DNA of 64,000 bases from Perna viridis (GCA_037379345.1 CM074520.1:18703488-18767487); one strand, 5' to 3'; numbered from the stretch's first letter, positions 1 to 43,137 are shown. Notes: generated by a model not told the origin, from the sequence alone. Translations and numbers: made by a program.

Positions 1-939
1 AAAAAAAAAACAACAACAAAAACACAAACAAATAATAAAAAAAACAAAAACAAAAACAATTACGACTCTATAGCATCTAAATCACAACTTGTATATTCAC
101 GCCACTATGGAAGAGGGAGGTATGACGCACTGTAAACATACATTTAACCCACCATTTCGTTTGAACTGTCTGTATCAAGTAAGTCAGAATCATTGCAGTA
201 TCAATCGTTCCGGTGTTTTATATTTATTTTGGACTTGACTTGATTATGGATCGGATAAGTGTTGGTTGTTACCCTTATTTTGAAAGTGGTTATAATGTTA
301 TAAACGTCTATTCATAAACAAAAGTAAGTAATGGTGTGCATCGACAAAAAAAGTGGGCACGTGTATCCTTTTATATTGCAAAAATATATATACTTCTAAA
401 AAAAGGAATATATTTATTCATTAATTTTATTTTATATTTTATATAGTTATAAAAAAATATATTTTTATTCAACTTATAAACAGCAACAAGCAAATACTAT
501 TTTGTATACAATACAAAAAAAAGTAAAGTAAGAATAAGTTTTGTTTTTGAAATGTCCTGATAAAATTTTGGAAAGGCTGTTGCAAAGTATCATTTTAATC
601 TTCTACTGAAACAATCATGTAAGACACCACCTACAAGAACGAAATTCAACATAGTTATTTGATGAATAACAATTCTCAAAATGAGATAATTATACAGACC
701 TTATTTCTAAATTACTTTAAACTACTTCAATTATTTCATTTCATACACATTAACGCTTTAAAATAGTACGTTGATTGAAAATGTCAAATTATGATTTGAG
801 AAATAAATTTACATATGATTGTACCTTGAATCAAAATACTGAAGTATATATGTAACTCTTATGGGACGCTATCTTCATTTTATAAAAAATATGAGAATTT
901 ACGTGCTTCGAGTTCTCGTCTGTTGGTTACATTTTATAG

Positions 940-1021
940 TCTGTGCTGCTCGAACTGCCCCATCTGCCCGACAGTCTCTTAAAGATCACCTTGCTATCAC
1001 TAACTGTGGCCATCTTGAGGC
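940..1021 (+). CDS. PL13-like gene, internal exon (CAARTAPSARQSLKDHLAITNCGHLEA)
   Basis: tttatag| acceptor, |gtaagt donor, GC-richer than flanks, phase fits next exon. Confidence 0.65.
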
Positions 1022-4000
1022 GTAAGTATATATATTTGTGTATTTTATATATTTGTGTATTTGAACAAAGTAAGTTTAGTTTTGTAGAGTTTGTTATTCT
1101 GATATTTGTTTCTGTTTTATATTACACGAACGTAATACACATATTTAATATGATATTGTTGATTATTATTTATATCATTTTGAATGTAATTTTATCAAAC
1201 AAAATATTCTGCATAACACCTAAGTTGACATATTTTAAACATACCGCAGAAATAGGTACAAAGTGCAAAAAGCATAAATTAGTATAAATGTATTGAACTG
1301 ATTGTTGATTTTGATTTTCTATCATTATACAATGTAACACATAAAACGTCAAGCTCCGAAACCATAATCCATAAATTAGGAAGAAACATATTTCGTCCAT
1401 TGCAATAATCACAAAGTACAGACCAATTTAGAGCCCATTCAAAAGTATTAAAACGGAACTTCAATACATCACCTACGACCTAACATGTCATTGTTCCTCA
1501 CTCTATCGGTATCGATGTTTGCATGAAGTTCTACGGCTTTTCGATTTATCAATATACTTAAGTTCTTGTATGGTCCAGACTTTTCATTTAAATAATGTAA
1601 GGACAGAATTTTGCTTATTGATTCCATAGGCCTACACTTTTTTATTTTACAATTTCATTTCTGGCTGCAGCTCGAGGTATATCATTTATATGGATATAGG
1701 GGGCCACTCAAAACGGCTAGAATACACTAGATGGACTACAATTGAAATATTGTAGTACGATGTATGAAGTATCCGCTAGTCCGCTAGATAATTTCAAATT
1801 TATTTTTAGCTTATACCCAAAGATTTCATTATTATTTTATTACATTACCAAGTAAGTTTAGTGTGAATTGATTTAATTTTTTATTTTAATGAAAAAAAAA
1901 ATCTTTGAATACTTAAAAAAGGCTATTTTTCATTTTCCAACTTTGTTTCATCCATACAAAATTACAAAATTACATTACCCATCCTGCTATACTAATCCGT
2001 ATATAATGGGAAGTTTACCCAATATGAAGATTGCATTTTATTGTACATGTAACTTTTTTTCTAATTGCTAGCTAATGTATTCGAATTTTTTTTAAGAAAT
2101 CATATTTGTTCTAGAAACCGTCGTACAATAGGAATTCATAGAAATAGAAAAAAAAAATAGCGATACATCTATATACAGCCGGTCTCTAATGTTTAAAAAC
2201 ATCACTAGACGGTACATATGCTTTTTATTAAATCCAAAATGCCAGAATTTGCCAAAAAAAAGAAAAAACAAAAAAACAAAACAAAAAACGAAAAAAAAAA
2301 AAAAAACAAAAAAACAAAAACAAAAACAACGTGGTCAGAAGCTCACGAATGAAATAAATACAAAATATACCAGTTTAAATATTGTAAATATCGATATGCT
2401 ATACATGTATTTCTAGAATTAACCTTTCATCAGCAGCATTAAAATCAAATATGTAGGAAGATCGTAATCAAAATATTAGTTGTTAGAAGTATTCAAAACC
2501 AAAATTATCGAAAGAAGAAGCCAAATTCATCACCGAGAAGTTGTACCATATGCAATGCAAGGAATGAAGCCTCAATGTTTTACGTATTTTTTAAAAAATT
2601 TGGAATATTTCTTAATAAAGGCAGATAAAATATGATATAATTCGGGGTCAGACAATAGGAATACGAGACGAACTACAAACACAATAAAGCAAACACATTA
2701 AAATAAACGAAAAAGAAAAAAAATGATTATTAAAATTTACATTTCCACGAAATGTGTAGAAGTCGATTCCAGTTTCTTTATCAATCTTTTGAGAAACATA
2801 TCGTCAATGGAACTGCTTATAATAAATCGAGGCAGCGCAAAACAAACTGGAAATCAAATTTCATCGAAATTGAACAACTTTGAATTTTCATCGCGGGGGC
2901 GGCCATTTTGAAAATGGCGATCGATATGTAGTTCAAATTATCGATGGAGCCACAGATTCTTAATCGGGGCGTCTTAAAAGAAGTCGCTTTCCGTTTCCTG
3001 ATCAGTCTTTTGAGAAACATATCGTCCATGAAACTGCTTACAATCAATCGAGGCAGCGTAAGGAACCTGGATATCAAATTTCATCGAAATCGAACAACTT
3101 TGAATTTTTTATGGCGGTGGTGGCCATTTGGTTGTCAATACGTAGTTTAAATTATCGATTGAGCAGCAGATTCTTAATCATAGCGTCTTAAAAACCTATA
3201 CATCAATGTTCATCAAAATCTGACAACTTTGAATTTTTCGAACGCGGTGGCAGCCATTTTAAAAAAGGCGGCCGATCCATAGCTTAAATTGTAAAATAAG
3301 CCACAGATTATTAATCGGGGCGGCTCAGAGAACATAGATATCAATTTTCATGGAAATCGGACAAATTTGAATTTTCGACCGCGTTGGCGGCCATTTTGAA
3401 AATGACGGCCTAGTCGCACGCGATTTTTTATCGTGATTTTGTTTGGACTATTGAGCTTACTATATACACCAAGTTGTGTCAAATTCTGATAAGCACTTTT
3501 TCGAGATATATGATGTTCCAATTCCGGTGTAGAAAAAATGGGTACGCCTAGTCCGGCGGCCATTTTAAAAAGAAATGACGGCCATTGGAATAAAATGTTT
3601 AAAGTTCTGCATCTTTGGAAGAGTAGTTCTAACTTCCTGTGAAGTTTCATCTAAATCAGATAGGGCGTTTCTGAGAAAACGTGCGGACAAATAAATAATT
3701 TTTTACGACAGGAGAATTAAAATAATAATAAGAAACACAGTAAAAGTAATAGGTCTCCGCCACTTCGTGGTCGCCAACTTAATAATAGTAATAATAAGAA
3801 ACAGTACAATAACAACGTGTCGCCCGACATTCGTCTGGGGCGACATTATAATAAGAAACACAGTGAAAACAATAAGTCACCGCCAATTTGTGGTCGGCGA
3901 CTTAATAAAGATAAGGAAAACAAGACCAAAACAACAAACTAAATAACTAGCAATATAAACTCCTTCAAAATTAGGAATAACATCAGGTGTCCGGAAGGGT

Positions 4001-6794
4001 AAGCATGTCCTGCTTCGCAAGATGCAACCGTCACATTGTAAGTGAGTATAATCCCGTTAGAGTCTTGTTACACTAATTTAGCGACCCCACATACTTTGTC
4101 ATGGCAGAGTCACAGAGAGGGTCCAACAATGATTATGGGCAACTGTTGATTAATGTAGATAAACAACACATTACAGTTCATTATTTGAACTAAACGCTAA
4201 CAGTTTGATCATGAATTTGATAATTAGAAATAGATAAAGCATGCAAAAATTACAATAAAATTATTTAACTTTTTTCTCGAATTCTAAAGTAAGTAAAAGA
4301 AATTGTATCTTTGTCTCATTGCAATGACCTTACATGAGTATAATGTCATTTAAACCGGAGAAAATATGTTTGCACCTTTGTTATTCACACAACCTAGCTA
4401 TACATACATATCTCGAACACAATATATCGAAGAAGCCACGTCACTTTAGCAAGATGTATATGTCAATCCAGTAAGAAGTGAAATATTTTCTCATGTGAGA
4501 TAGAAACTTCATATCGGCCAATCCAGTAACAATAACGACCGTAAAAAAATTAACAAAGTATAAATAAATTCAATTAAAGGGCATTTAAGGCAATGGTAAC
4601 GGGAACATTTGAGCATCATGATCAAAAAGCGATTTTTTTTGTAGATTTTACTGATGTTTGTTTTTATTTTAGTCCTCCACCAGCGGCGCAATATCAGGAA
4701 GGAAATTTAAACTGCAGCACAACAACATACGAAGAACCATCTAACTACAGTTACTATGACAACGAAAGAATCATGATTAAAGCATCATCTTACTATACAG
4801 CGTTCAAGGGATTTCTTAACTTCAAAGAAAACACTCCAAAGTATTGCTTTAGTAATAGCAACCAAGGCCAACTTCTCGATTCATTTGATATTCATTTCAA
4901 AAGGTACAATTAAGTGCAAGTTAAGAAATTTGTCTTTCTTGTTAATTTTTTACAAATACGGGACGTACTCGACAAAAAAGTTGGCTACATGGGTCTTTTT
5001 TTTTTTCTTATACATCATCTGAAGTTAATTTTGCCCAGAAAAAAATAAAGTTTTTAGTTAGAAGAAATATACATAATAATGATAAAAAACTATATTATAA
5101 AGTTTTTTTTAATATGATTGTTTTACTTACTAAATCAATAAGAGTTCTTAATTGTTTACTATTTTTAGAAATGATATTCTCAATTTTTAATGCAGTCATT
5201 CTATTTGACAAAAAAGCATGTGCATGCCAAAGCAAATACAGTTGGAAATAAACAATGTTTTGTATAAATATATAATTGAATAGTTGAAAAAAATCAAATC
5301 TACCGGATAGTTTAAAAAAAAACACACTTAAAAAAAAAAGATTTTAAAGAAAATGTATTTGTTAGTTATGTATATAGCCAGCTATATATTTCGAAATGAT
5401 AAACAAACATATTTTTATAAAGCCATCCAGAATTTTCAGTGTTATTCTGTTATGTGTTCGCTCTCTTGAAAAGAGTAATCAAGGGAACCAAGGTCATAGC
5501 GGTAATCAAAGGAATGTAATCCAGGGACAAAGACCAGACATGGAAAACAGACATACACAACAAAGTAATTAAAATCATACATACAAAGTAACAAAAGTAA
5601 ATGAGCTACTCGGACTTCACTAAAAACTGGAAGTATTTAGCTTACAACTGGTAGGGTAAGCGTCCTTTTTTTCTAGAAACACCCGCCGAGTTGCTCGTAA
5701 AAAGTCAAGTCCGGGGTAGACAAAGAAAAGTGAAAAGACACATTGTCACAAAACGAGATTTTCTTTTTCAACCGAACGTTTTCATTTTAGTTTGATATAT
5801 ATTTCTATTAACATGCAAATTTTCGTATTCCTTTTAAAGCCAACACATACTGGTATCTCTTGTGCAACAGTAAATCATTTGAAAAAAAGCTTTCATAAGA
5901 ATCATGATCGATTGTTCAGTATAATAATTTGAAATAATTTATGCAAAGAATATGAAATTTTTCGCTTTTAATCCATTCCTTTTCTGTAGTGAGTCACCAC
6001 AAAAGCTTGTAGGTGTTGAGTTAACGCCTTGTCGTGGAAGTTACTGGACTAATGGAAAAGTGATATGTTTTCCATGGGAATGTGATCGGTTTTCATACAG
6101 AAATGGCAAGTATGATGGCACCAGCTATAGAAACCTTGACGTTGAAATAAACATGCATGACTTGAACAAACTTCCTGATGGTACTTCCATTATCAAATTT
6201 GAAGGATCATCAGACCCAAGAACTATATACAATATTGAATTAAATGAAACCGATTACCTAACAACACAACAATTTCTTTCATTTTGTAAAGATGATGGTC
6301 CTTGCTATAAAGGAAAATTCCTTAAGAACAACAATGTATTATACCAGTATGGTGGTCGTCCTCCTCTTGAAATGATGAAACTTGGCAACAAAGCTGTCAT
6401 TGGATTTAGGTATGATCCTAGGGATTTTATTTTTCCAGAGAAATCTTTAGACAAAAGATGCTCTTTCAAAGCCAACGTTAGCTCAGAGATATGTAATTCC
6501 CCATCTGGTAGACATGCATGGAAGATTTTGTGGCAATTTCCGCTACCTTTTCCCCAGGAATGGCTGAAAATTAACTTTTTTGTAGGATTTTCATATCTAA
6601 CGGACTGCACATTTGACCTTTATGTATATATCAACGGGAAGAAGAAACAATTTCTCTCTGCCAAAAGTCCTTGTGGACAACATGCAGACATGAAGTTAGG
6701 ACATTATCCGTACCCGACAGTTGGCGTGTATGGAAAAGATAAAAACGGGGATGGAGAGTTTAAAATGCGATTCCGTGGCATCAATATGTGGTAA
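940..6794 (+). CDS. Heparin lyase I (polysaccharide lyase family 13)-like beta-jelly-roll protein; spliced, 5' end not found in window
   Basis: Exons 940-1021, 4673-4903 and 5990-6794 have AG/GT borders and matching phases (GC|T, AG|T), about 372 codons. AATAAA at 6996-7001. Blocks IIKFEGSSDPRT..LTTQQFLSF, QYGGRPPLEM, KILWQFPLPFPQEWLKINF and YPYPTVGVY are collinear with heparinase I blocks as I recall them (AQWHGAPSRT..LSIEEFLAL, QGGYPPLAF, IAYKMPFAQFPKDCWITF, YYFKFGIY). Confidence 0.72.
2365..2580 (+). repeat. Dispersed repeat, second copy at about 45875-46070
   Basis: Shared ATACCAGTTT..ATTGTAAATAT.GATATGCT, TATGTAGGAAGATC, TGAAGCCTCAATG. Confidence 0.7.
2730..3906 (+). mobile_element. Non-autonomous Helentron/HINE-like element with internal GGCGGCCATTTTG subrepeats and triplicated hairpin end
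   Basis: GGCGGCCATTTT-type motif near 2897, 3118, 3249, 3386 and 3556; three AATAAGAAAC..hairpin..TTAAT modules at 3726-3906. Confidence 0.65.
4673..4903 (+). CDS. PL13-like gene, internal exon
   Basis: ttttag| ... ag|gtac; open frame PPPAAQYQEG...DIHFK. Confidence 0.8.
5470..5722 (-). mobile_element. Penelope-like 3'-end copy
   Basis: Shares terminus AAGAGTAATCAAGGGAACCAAG with other copies. Confidence 0.85.
5990..6794 (+). CDS. PL13-like gene, terminal exon (lyase-like domain)
   Basis: ctgtag| acceptor, 268 open codons to TAA, polyA signal 200 nt downstream. Confidence 0.88.
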
Positions 6795-7279
6795 AACCTA
6801 CACTGGTCTCAATCATTGAATTGTATTGGCTGCTGTGTTAACTTGTTACAGTCTTAACCCATAGTAAATAAGGCAGTGAAAAAAATGCACACGCCATCAG
6901 TCTGCCTTTCTTAAGTCATGATTGTAAAGTTTTTGTCTATCAAGATTGGTATCCATTTCATTGTTTTCTTTATTTAGCAATTGCTAGTTCTTGTTAATAA
7001 ATCATGTTTTGACTATATATGAATTTGTCTATCTTAAATATTGGCATATGTCAACTACGAAAACAACAAAGATTGGAATTTTTTCCGTTGCAAAAAGATA
7101 AATTTTAAAGCTAGATTTAAGTGTAACGAGTGCAAAACTGATGTTAGGACAGACACATTGTTCCAAGAACAATTACAAGAACGTGATTGGTCCTACTATA
7201 TATTACGTGTATATGCAAAGGTCTATTCTTTCCCCTTTCTTTAGTAATTCCTTACTCTCTGGAGCACCCATCAAAATTT

Positions 7280-8660
7280 AATAAACAAATATAGCAACTA
7301 TTCTTTAAGAAACTTTGTGCATGTGCAGGTAAAATACTTGTTCTTATAGAAGCTGTTGACCCAGTTTTAATCGGTTCAGTCTAAATGATATGATAATAAG
7401 TCGGACACTGGTATGGAATGTCAAATTACGGTTATCACCAACCACCATGTATCACAAGTGATTATAGCGGAACTCTACGTATCAGATTACAATTGCATTT
7501 AAACCTATGCTTTTTCAACAGTTTTACTTCTATTCCCCATACTGAATTAAAATCCCGACTCAAAATCATTATACATCGTGGTTATTGATAACAGGACGGT
7601 ACACCTAGATACAAATATGTAGTTCGTGGTAGATGTTCCTCGCATTCAGCAAAAAAGACCATTCGAAATCATCTTCCAAATATACCGAAAATTTTTTTTT
7701 CAAATTGATGGATTTTTTGATCGACAACATATTTGTCCAGTGCGATGGAAGCGTTTTTCAACAACGTCGGCATTCCAATGGGAACAAATTATGCTCCTTT
7801 TCTTGCAGAGTATATTCATTCACTCTTATGAGGCTGACTTTATGGCTAATCTAATCCAAAAGAAAGTATATTGTTTAGTTTAGCTAGATCTTTTAATCTC
7901 AGTTCTGCTAGTATAGATAACGTATGATCGTTAAACAATCCTAGATCGGGGATTTTATGCATATCATCCACCCCAAAGAACTAGAGATAAAGGGTACTAC
8001 ATACACTCTGATACCAGCCTCATATCTTAACTTACCCTTAAAAGTCGATGGTAAAGGAAAACTATTGATAAAACTATATGACAAACTTTTCATTCCGTAT
8101 TGTTAACTTTCCTTTTATCTGTAGCAACATCCCTTCATTACATTTGTATGAAGTTTTCATATCACACCTCAAACGTTATGCCACTGGTTACCGTAACTAT
8201 GCAGACCTTTTGTATCGCACTAGAATTCTTACACTTAGGCTTCTAAAAGAGGGTTATGTTGCTACTAGATTGAAGTCGTCTTTTCAGAAGTTTTATGGTC
8301 GTCATCATGAACTCATGGATCATTACGGTGTATCCATCTGCATTATAAAAACTGATTTGTTCAATCTGTTATAATTCTCCTTTCTTCTTTCGTCTACACT
8401 GGACATGAATTTTTATGAGCATGTGGGCGGATGTTTCTAGAAAAGCAGAGCACGTTAACGCTTATGATGCACCTGGTCAATGCTCCCAGATTGTAGTGGA
8501 GTCTGAGTTGCTCATTTGCTTTTGTTATTTTGTATATATTGTTTTGGTTTGATTTATGTTTTTTTTTGTTGTGCGTTTGGTTCCAATGTCTGGTCTTTTC
8601 CATTAGATTATATTCTTTTGATTTCCGCTAGAATCTTGGTTCCCTTGATCACTTTTATTT
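7280..8660 (+). mobile_element. Degenerate Penelope-like retroelement (RT plus C-terminal HTH region and 3' UTR; probably Naiad-type)
   Basis: TYAFST..TSIPH, FLIDNIFVQ, IPMGTNYAP..HSYEADF, YIDNV, FRIVNFPFICSNIP, RLKSSFQKFYGRH; ORF ends after RT with no downstream endonuclease. Confidence 0.85.
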
Positions 8661-9499
8661 GATTTTGTGAATATAAAATTACGGCCGCTGTATATTGTAC
8701 AACAACTGTAGATATGGGCGTAAATCAGTAGAGTTACCATTACAACACTAGTAGATCTAACATCAAGTTACTATGGTTTTATCTTTATTTTCTGTTTACC
8801 TCAGCTTGCATTACATTATTGACAGGACATGTGTTAGTTTTATTACCTCAGTCTTTCTTTTTTGTTATACATCCAATATTATCAAATATGTTGAACATTT
8901 AGGTTTCTATGAATATAAAATTCCTTGTATAATAGTATGTGTTTTATAACCTTAATAAATGCTCAACGATTTATGTTTATGCAACTCCAATCTTTCTCAG
9001 ATTAAAAGATAATGAAGTTATAAAGAAACAAATAATTAGCGTGATGTAACAAGACGTTTAAAAGGATTCATACCGCCTCTAAAAACAGTGTAACGATCGC
9101 AAAAAAAATGAATTGTAAATCAATGTAGTGCTTGGTTATTACTGGATAAACACCTGCTTATTACAGTAACAAGCAGGATGGAATTGCTTAAGGCCATCTC
9201 TATTACCCCTACCATCCTAGAAAACAAGCCTCATCATTAAACAATCACAAAAGATTTAAACGGCAGAAACGAAGGGAAAGCAAATTGGAAAATCGATAGC
9301 TTCTTTTATGAGATGTTAAGCCTACGTGCTTAATTTGAAGCATCTAATGAGTTTTTTCTTTTCTGATAACTCCAGAATACAATTCCAGGATATGTCTTAA
9401 TACCGATAGTGCGACGAATAGAATATGACTTGATTTTCAATTATACCACTATTTTTCATATAGTCAATTACACTAAGTTATGATTTCAATGCAGAATCT

Positions 9500-10700
9500 A
9501 AGCCTAAAATATCAAATAAATCTCTACATTCAATCATGTCAAAATAAGTGATGGAAATGATGTGCCGATATCTTTTCTTATTAGCATACCAATAACATGG
9601 TATATTAGAGTATTTCCAATCTGCCTTACGATTTTCAATCATGGATAATTTGCTTGGAATGTTCTCAAGCAAACCGAAAAAAATCATTGAAGAAAACCAA
9701 CATATATACCACTTTGATTAGATAACAACAATTTTTAAAGATAAACATTCAGACAATCCGCAGGACATATACTCACCCAAGCATGACACCTGGAGAGAAA
9801 AGTTTAATCCTATTGTCATTTTGAAAGTAGAAACAAAGATAACACCATTGACTTATGGGAAATATGGGAAGCAAGTATTGTGTATATCTGAGACGTCTAT
9901 CGCTAATAACGATTTTAGAATCCAGATATTGGTAGTATGGATACTTAATTGATGGTAGATTTTATCGTGTAGAGATATTTCATGCATTGGATGAAAAGAA
10001 CATCTCATTAATCCAAAAGATTATGTATTTTAATAGTCCAACACGCTGCCTGTAATTGTGTTAACACATAGGAGCATTAGTTTAAAGACTGATGAATCCA
10101 TCGATAAATTCCACAATCTCAAAATAAATGATGTTAAATGACATGCCCATCCATTGTCTCATTGACTTCGTGCAAACCACATATCACTACTTTCCTTTTA
10201 TGTTACATGATTGGTGAGAAGCTTTGGTTTGGTTTGAATTAGCCGAAAATCGAAACCAAGACCTACCATAAAACTGGCCAAGAACTTTCCTACGATACCA
10301 CTAAGGCTGTAAAGCGTGGAGGGGAGGCAATATTAGGGAAAGCAAGCATTTTTGATGATTCTATTTGTACAACACCAAAGGATGTGCCTATACATGTACT
10401 ATTTGCCAATATTATTTCAAACAGTGGACATACAATCAGGGATCTCCATGGATCAAAATGAACATATGGTTAAGTTTTCTCTTTCCGAGGCTTGACCAGA
10501 GGTCCACGGTTCTAGAGAAATCAAAATCACTGGTAGATGTGGTCATTTATTTGATACCATTAAAGAAGTTGTTAAATGTACAAGTCAGTTTAAAAAAAAA
10601 GAGATACAAAATCTAACCACTTAGTTAAGATCTAATCAATCAGATTAAAGCAAGAACTGTGTAGTCAGAGTGAACCAGACTTTAAAGATAATTCAATTGC
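9500..10700 (+). pseudogene. Decayed intronless iGluR ATD copy
   Basis: Collinear blocks EYFQSAL (9608), LITILESRYW (W 9930), TYHYF (10182), KASIFDDSI (10339), FRGLT..RF (10483), LKKL (10560); spacing matches spliced iGluR-B; stops and frameshifts. Confidence 0.6.
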
Positions 10701-10728
10701 AAAGAACATCATACTTCAAAATTTTGTT

Positions 10729-11317
10729 GTGAAACCTGTCTAAACTGAATCGTATTGGACATTAAATTTGTTCTATTATAACATATGTTTAGTTTGCCAA
10801 TGTTTTACCGTAACTATGCAGACTTTTTTTATTCGTGCTAGACTACTAACAATTAGGCTCCTGGAAAAGGGTTATGTTGATACAAGATTGAAGTCATCAC
10901 TACAGAAGTTTTAAAGTCGTCATCATGAACTCGTGGAGCGTTACGGTGCATCATGAAAATGATTTGTTCATTGTGTCATAGTTTTCCTTTTCTCTTTCGT
11001 CTACCCTAGATTTGACTTTTTATGAGCATATCGGCGGGTGTTTCTAGAAAAGCAGAAGACACTTACCCTATCGATGCACATGGTCCATGCTCCCATTTTC
11101 TAATGGAGTCCGAGTTGCTCATTTACTTTTGTATGTATTAATTTGGTTATTTCATGTCCTTAGTTAAGTATGTCTGTTTTCCATGTCTGGTCTTTGTCCC
11201 TGGATTATATTGTTTTGATTTCCGCTTGAATCTTGGTTCCCGTAATTACTCTTTTAAATAATATACGTTGCTGTAAAGTAACTTTAAAAAAGTGTCTACT
11301 TTAGACAGATGTCACTG
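10729..11317. mobile_element. MITE-like element interrupted by a Penelope-like insertion
   Basis: GTGAAACCTGTCTAAA / TTTAGACAGATGTCAC imperfect TIRs. Confidence 0.55.
10800..11254 (+). mobile_element. Penelope-like 3'-end copy nested in a MITE
   Basis: Matches about 8188-8660 (end of ORF plus 3' UTR). Confidence 0.88.
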
Positions 11318-12804
11318 TATAAAAGATTGAGTTTTATCCAAATAAAGGTGTAAATTACATTGTTATTACGAAACCTTAACTCATAGTATACTGTGAAAAC
11401 TCTCTGCTCTCCTTTGTTTTAAGTAAGTAGTTGTCTTTATTGAAAAAAGGAAATAGATTGATCAGATTTTATGATTTATAGGCTATTAGACTCCAGTTAA
11501 AGACATGCATCGTTATTTGAATAAACGCATTGATAAAATGCCAAAGAAGATAAATACATAAAACAGATGCGCTTTCACGGATTTTTATATATAATAAATG
11601 CATAATCAATAAAGAAACGGAAATGAAATTCAAACACCCCTTTTAGCCACATTTAACATGTTTATGTTCATGTTTATGTTAGTTTTCCAATCAATGATCG
11701 ATACAATATATTATTCGAGTGTGATAAATTAAAGAACCGTAGCATATATTATCATAATACAGAGTGTTACTCAATTCAGACTTTATGCATTTTTAAACAT
11801 TTCTTGGACATTAAACTGAATATGAATTTCAAATGAACATAACTTGCACTCTCAAAGGTTGACAAAATCAGCTTTGTTGTAATGTGATTTCCAACTAATT
11901 ATGAACACGCGAAAATTAAAGATCGCGGAAAATTAATATCCCCCTTTATCAAGCACATCTCGAAATTTGCCAGCCCGGTATCTTCTACCAAGAGAACAAT
12001 ACTTCCGATATTTTCGTCACTTTATCAATATTTTTTTTAAAGACCCGTTTATTTTATTTATGAAACATAGTGTTTATAAATGTTTATAAAAATTGTTTAT
12101 TTTTGTTTCTGCTGTTTTGTCTTGATATCAGTTAGTTGGTAATGTTCTACTATGTATTTTTTGTGAGAGCCTATGATCAATGGAGAATAAATACTGCATT
12201 GAATGTAAGGTGGTTTAATTGCTTACATAAAATGTTGTCGTAATATATGTATCAAAGATATTCGTTCGATTTGAATTATGCTTTTTTCAGCATGCCCATA
12301 TGTAACCAAATATGTAACGCTATCTTGTCAAGGAGAACATTACGAAATTTATATCTTTCCAAGAAATATTTAAGTCCAATATCGATATTTATTTTTTTAT
12401 ATAGATTAAGTAAAATGCGACAGCAAATAATATGTTAGCATCAAATGCACAAGTAATATTTCAATTATATACAAGGAACATTTTTCTTTACAAAAATAGT
12501 ATATTTTACTACAGTGAAAAAAAATATGTAAAAGCATTTTCTTCAAATACCATACAATTATAGTAAACATTACCACTTATTTCGTAATCAAACATATATA
12601 CTTTAACTAGATATGCTAGGGCCTTCAAATCTGAAAGTTGGGAAGTAGCACATAGAAATGATGAGAAGTAATTAAATGAAAGTTTCATATCGTCATGTTA
12701 TATAAAGTTTTATAAAGGACATTCGACTTCGACTTTTTTCTCATATGCTCCATTTCGATGAATACGTAAAACGACAATGCCACGATGATATAATATATGC
12801 AGCA

Positions 12805-42452
<29,648 letters not shown>

Positions 42453-43137
42453 CTTTTTCTGGTCAATATTTACTTCTGTTTAATAGTAATTCCACAATGA
42501 TGACTAAAGTGATCAAACCGTTTATCTGCTCATGTTGTTCGATTGGGTGAATTCCATTTAAGAGTAAATTAAATCGTACCAAATAATAAAAATAATTAAT
42601 TGTAGTAAATCACGGTGTCAAAATTTGTACAACCCGCCATCAAAATGGCATTTATATTCCTAGAAGTCTAAATGCATTTTGTAGTGTCTCGGTAATAGAT
42701 TTACAATCCAATAATATAGCTAAATGAGATTACTGAAAATAACATGGTACGTACTGGACAAATCGACCAATAAACATTGTAAATAAAATTGACATTAACC
42801 AATTATTTCCGTTGATCCTGGGATATGATCAGGAACTACGGACGCTTCACACTTAAATCCTTCCTAAAATGTTTTAAATCTATAAATGTGTGTTGTTAAC
42901 TTCTCAGTGGAATTTTCCTTTGGAAAGTAATTAGATTCCGAACTGAGGCAACTTACACCATCAATAAAGAAGCAAGGATGTTATTGACATCAATTTTAAC
43001 TCCATCTTGAAGAGCCCTCAGTAATAGATAGCTAGTGCTGACATGCGCATACAAATTACGTCGTTTTATGAGTAAAATGAAGAATATTTTGGATAAAACG
43101 TGTATTTACAAATAATGGAAGATTTAAAAGCATCAAA
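42453..43137. promoter_or_regulatory. Putative bidirectional promoter and 5' UTRs of the two iGluR genes
   Basis: 685 bp between divergent ATGs. Outward-facing TATAAA at 42651-42656 (-) and 42881-42886 (+), CCAAT at 42708, 42767 and 42799. These motifs have low specificity in AT-rich DNA. Confidence 0.6.

Noticed and set aside
1150-1830. ATD-like blocks (SNKIFCITPKL, QSTDQFR, MKFYGF, AARGISF) in the PL13-like gene intron
   Set aside because: I used this as an informal control. Spacing is off by about 18 codons in one interval. It is either another relic or shows that my false-positive rate is not negligible, so it is not called.
2189-2416. Lys-rich or Phe-rich ORFs (also 14477, 32593, 50568, 57099)
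   Set aside because: Products of A-rich or GA microsatellites.
10180-10330. Minus-strand LYSLSGIVGKFLASF resembling an MFS transporter helix
   Set aside because: Isolated match; the plus-strand ATD reading explains the tract better.
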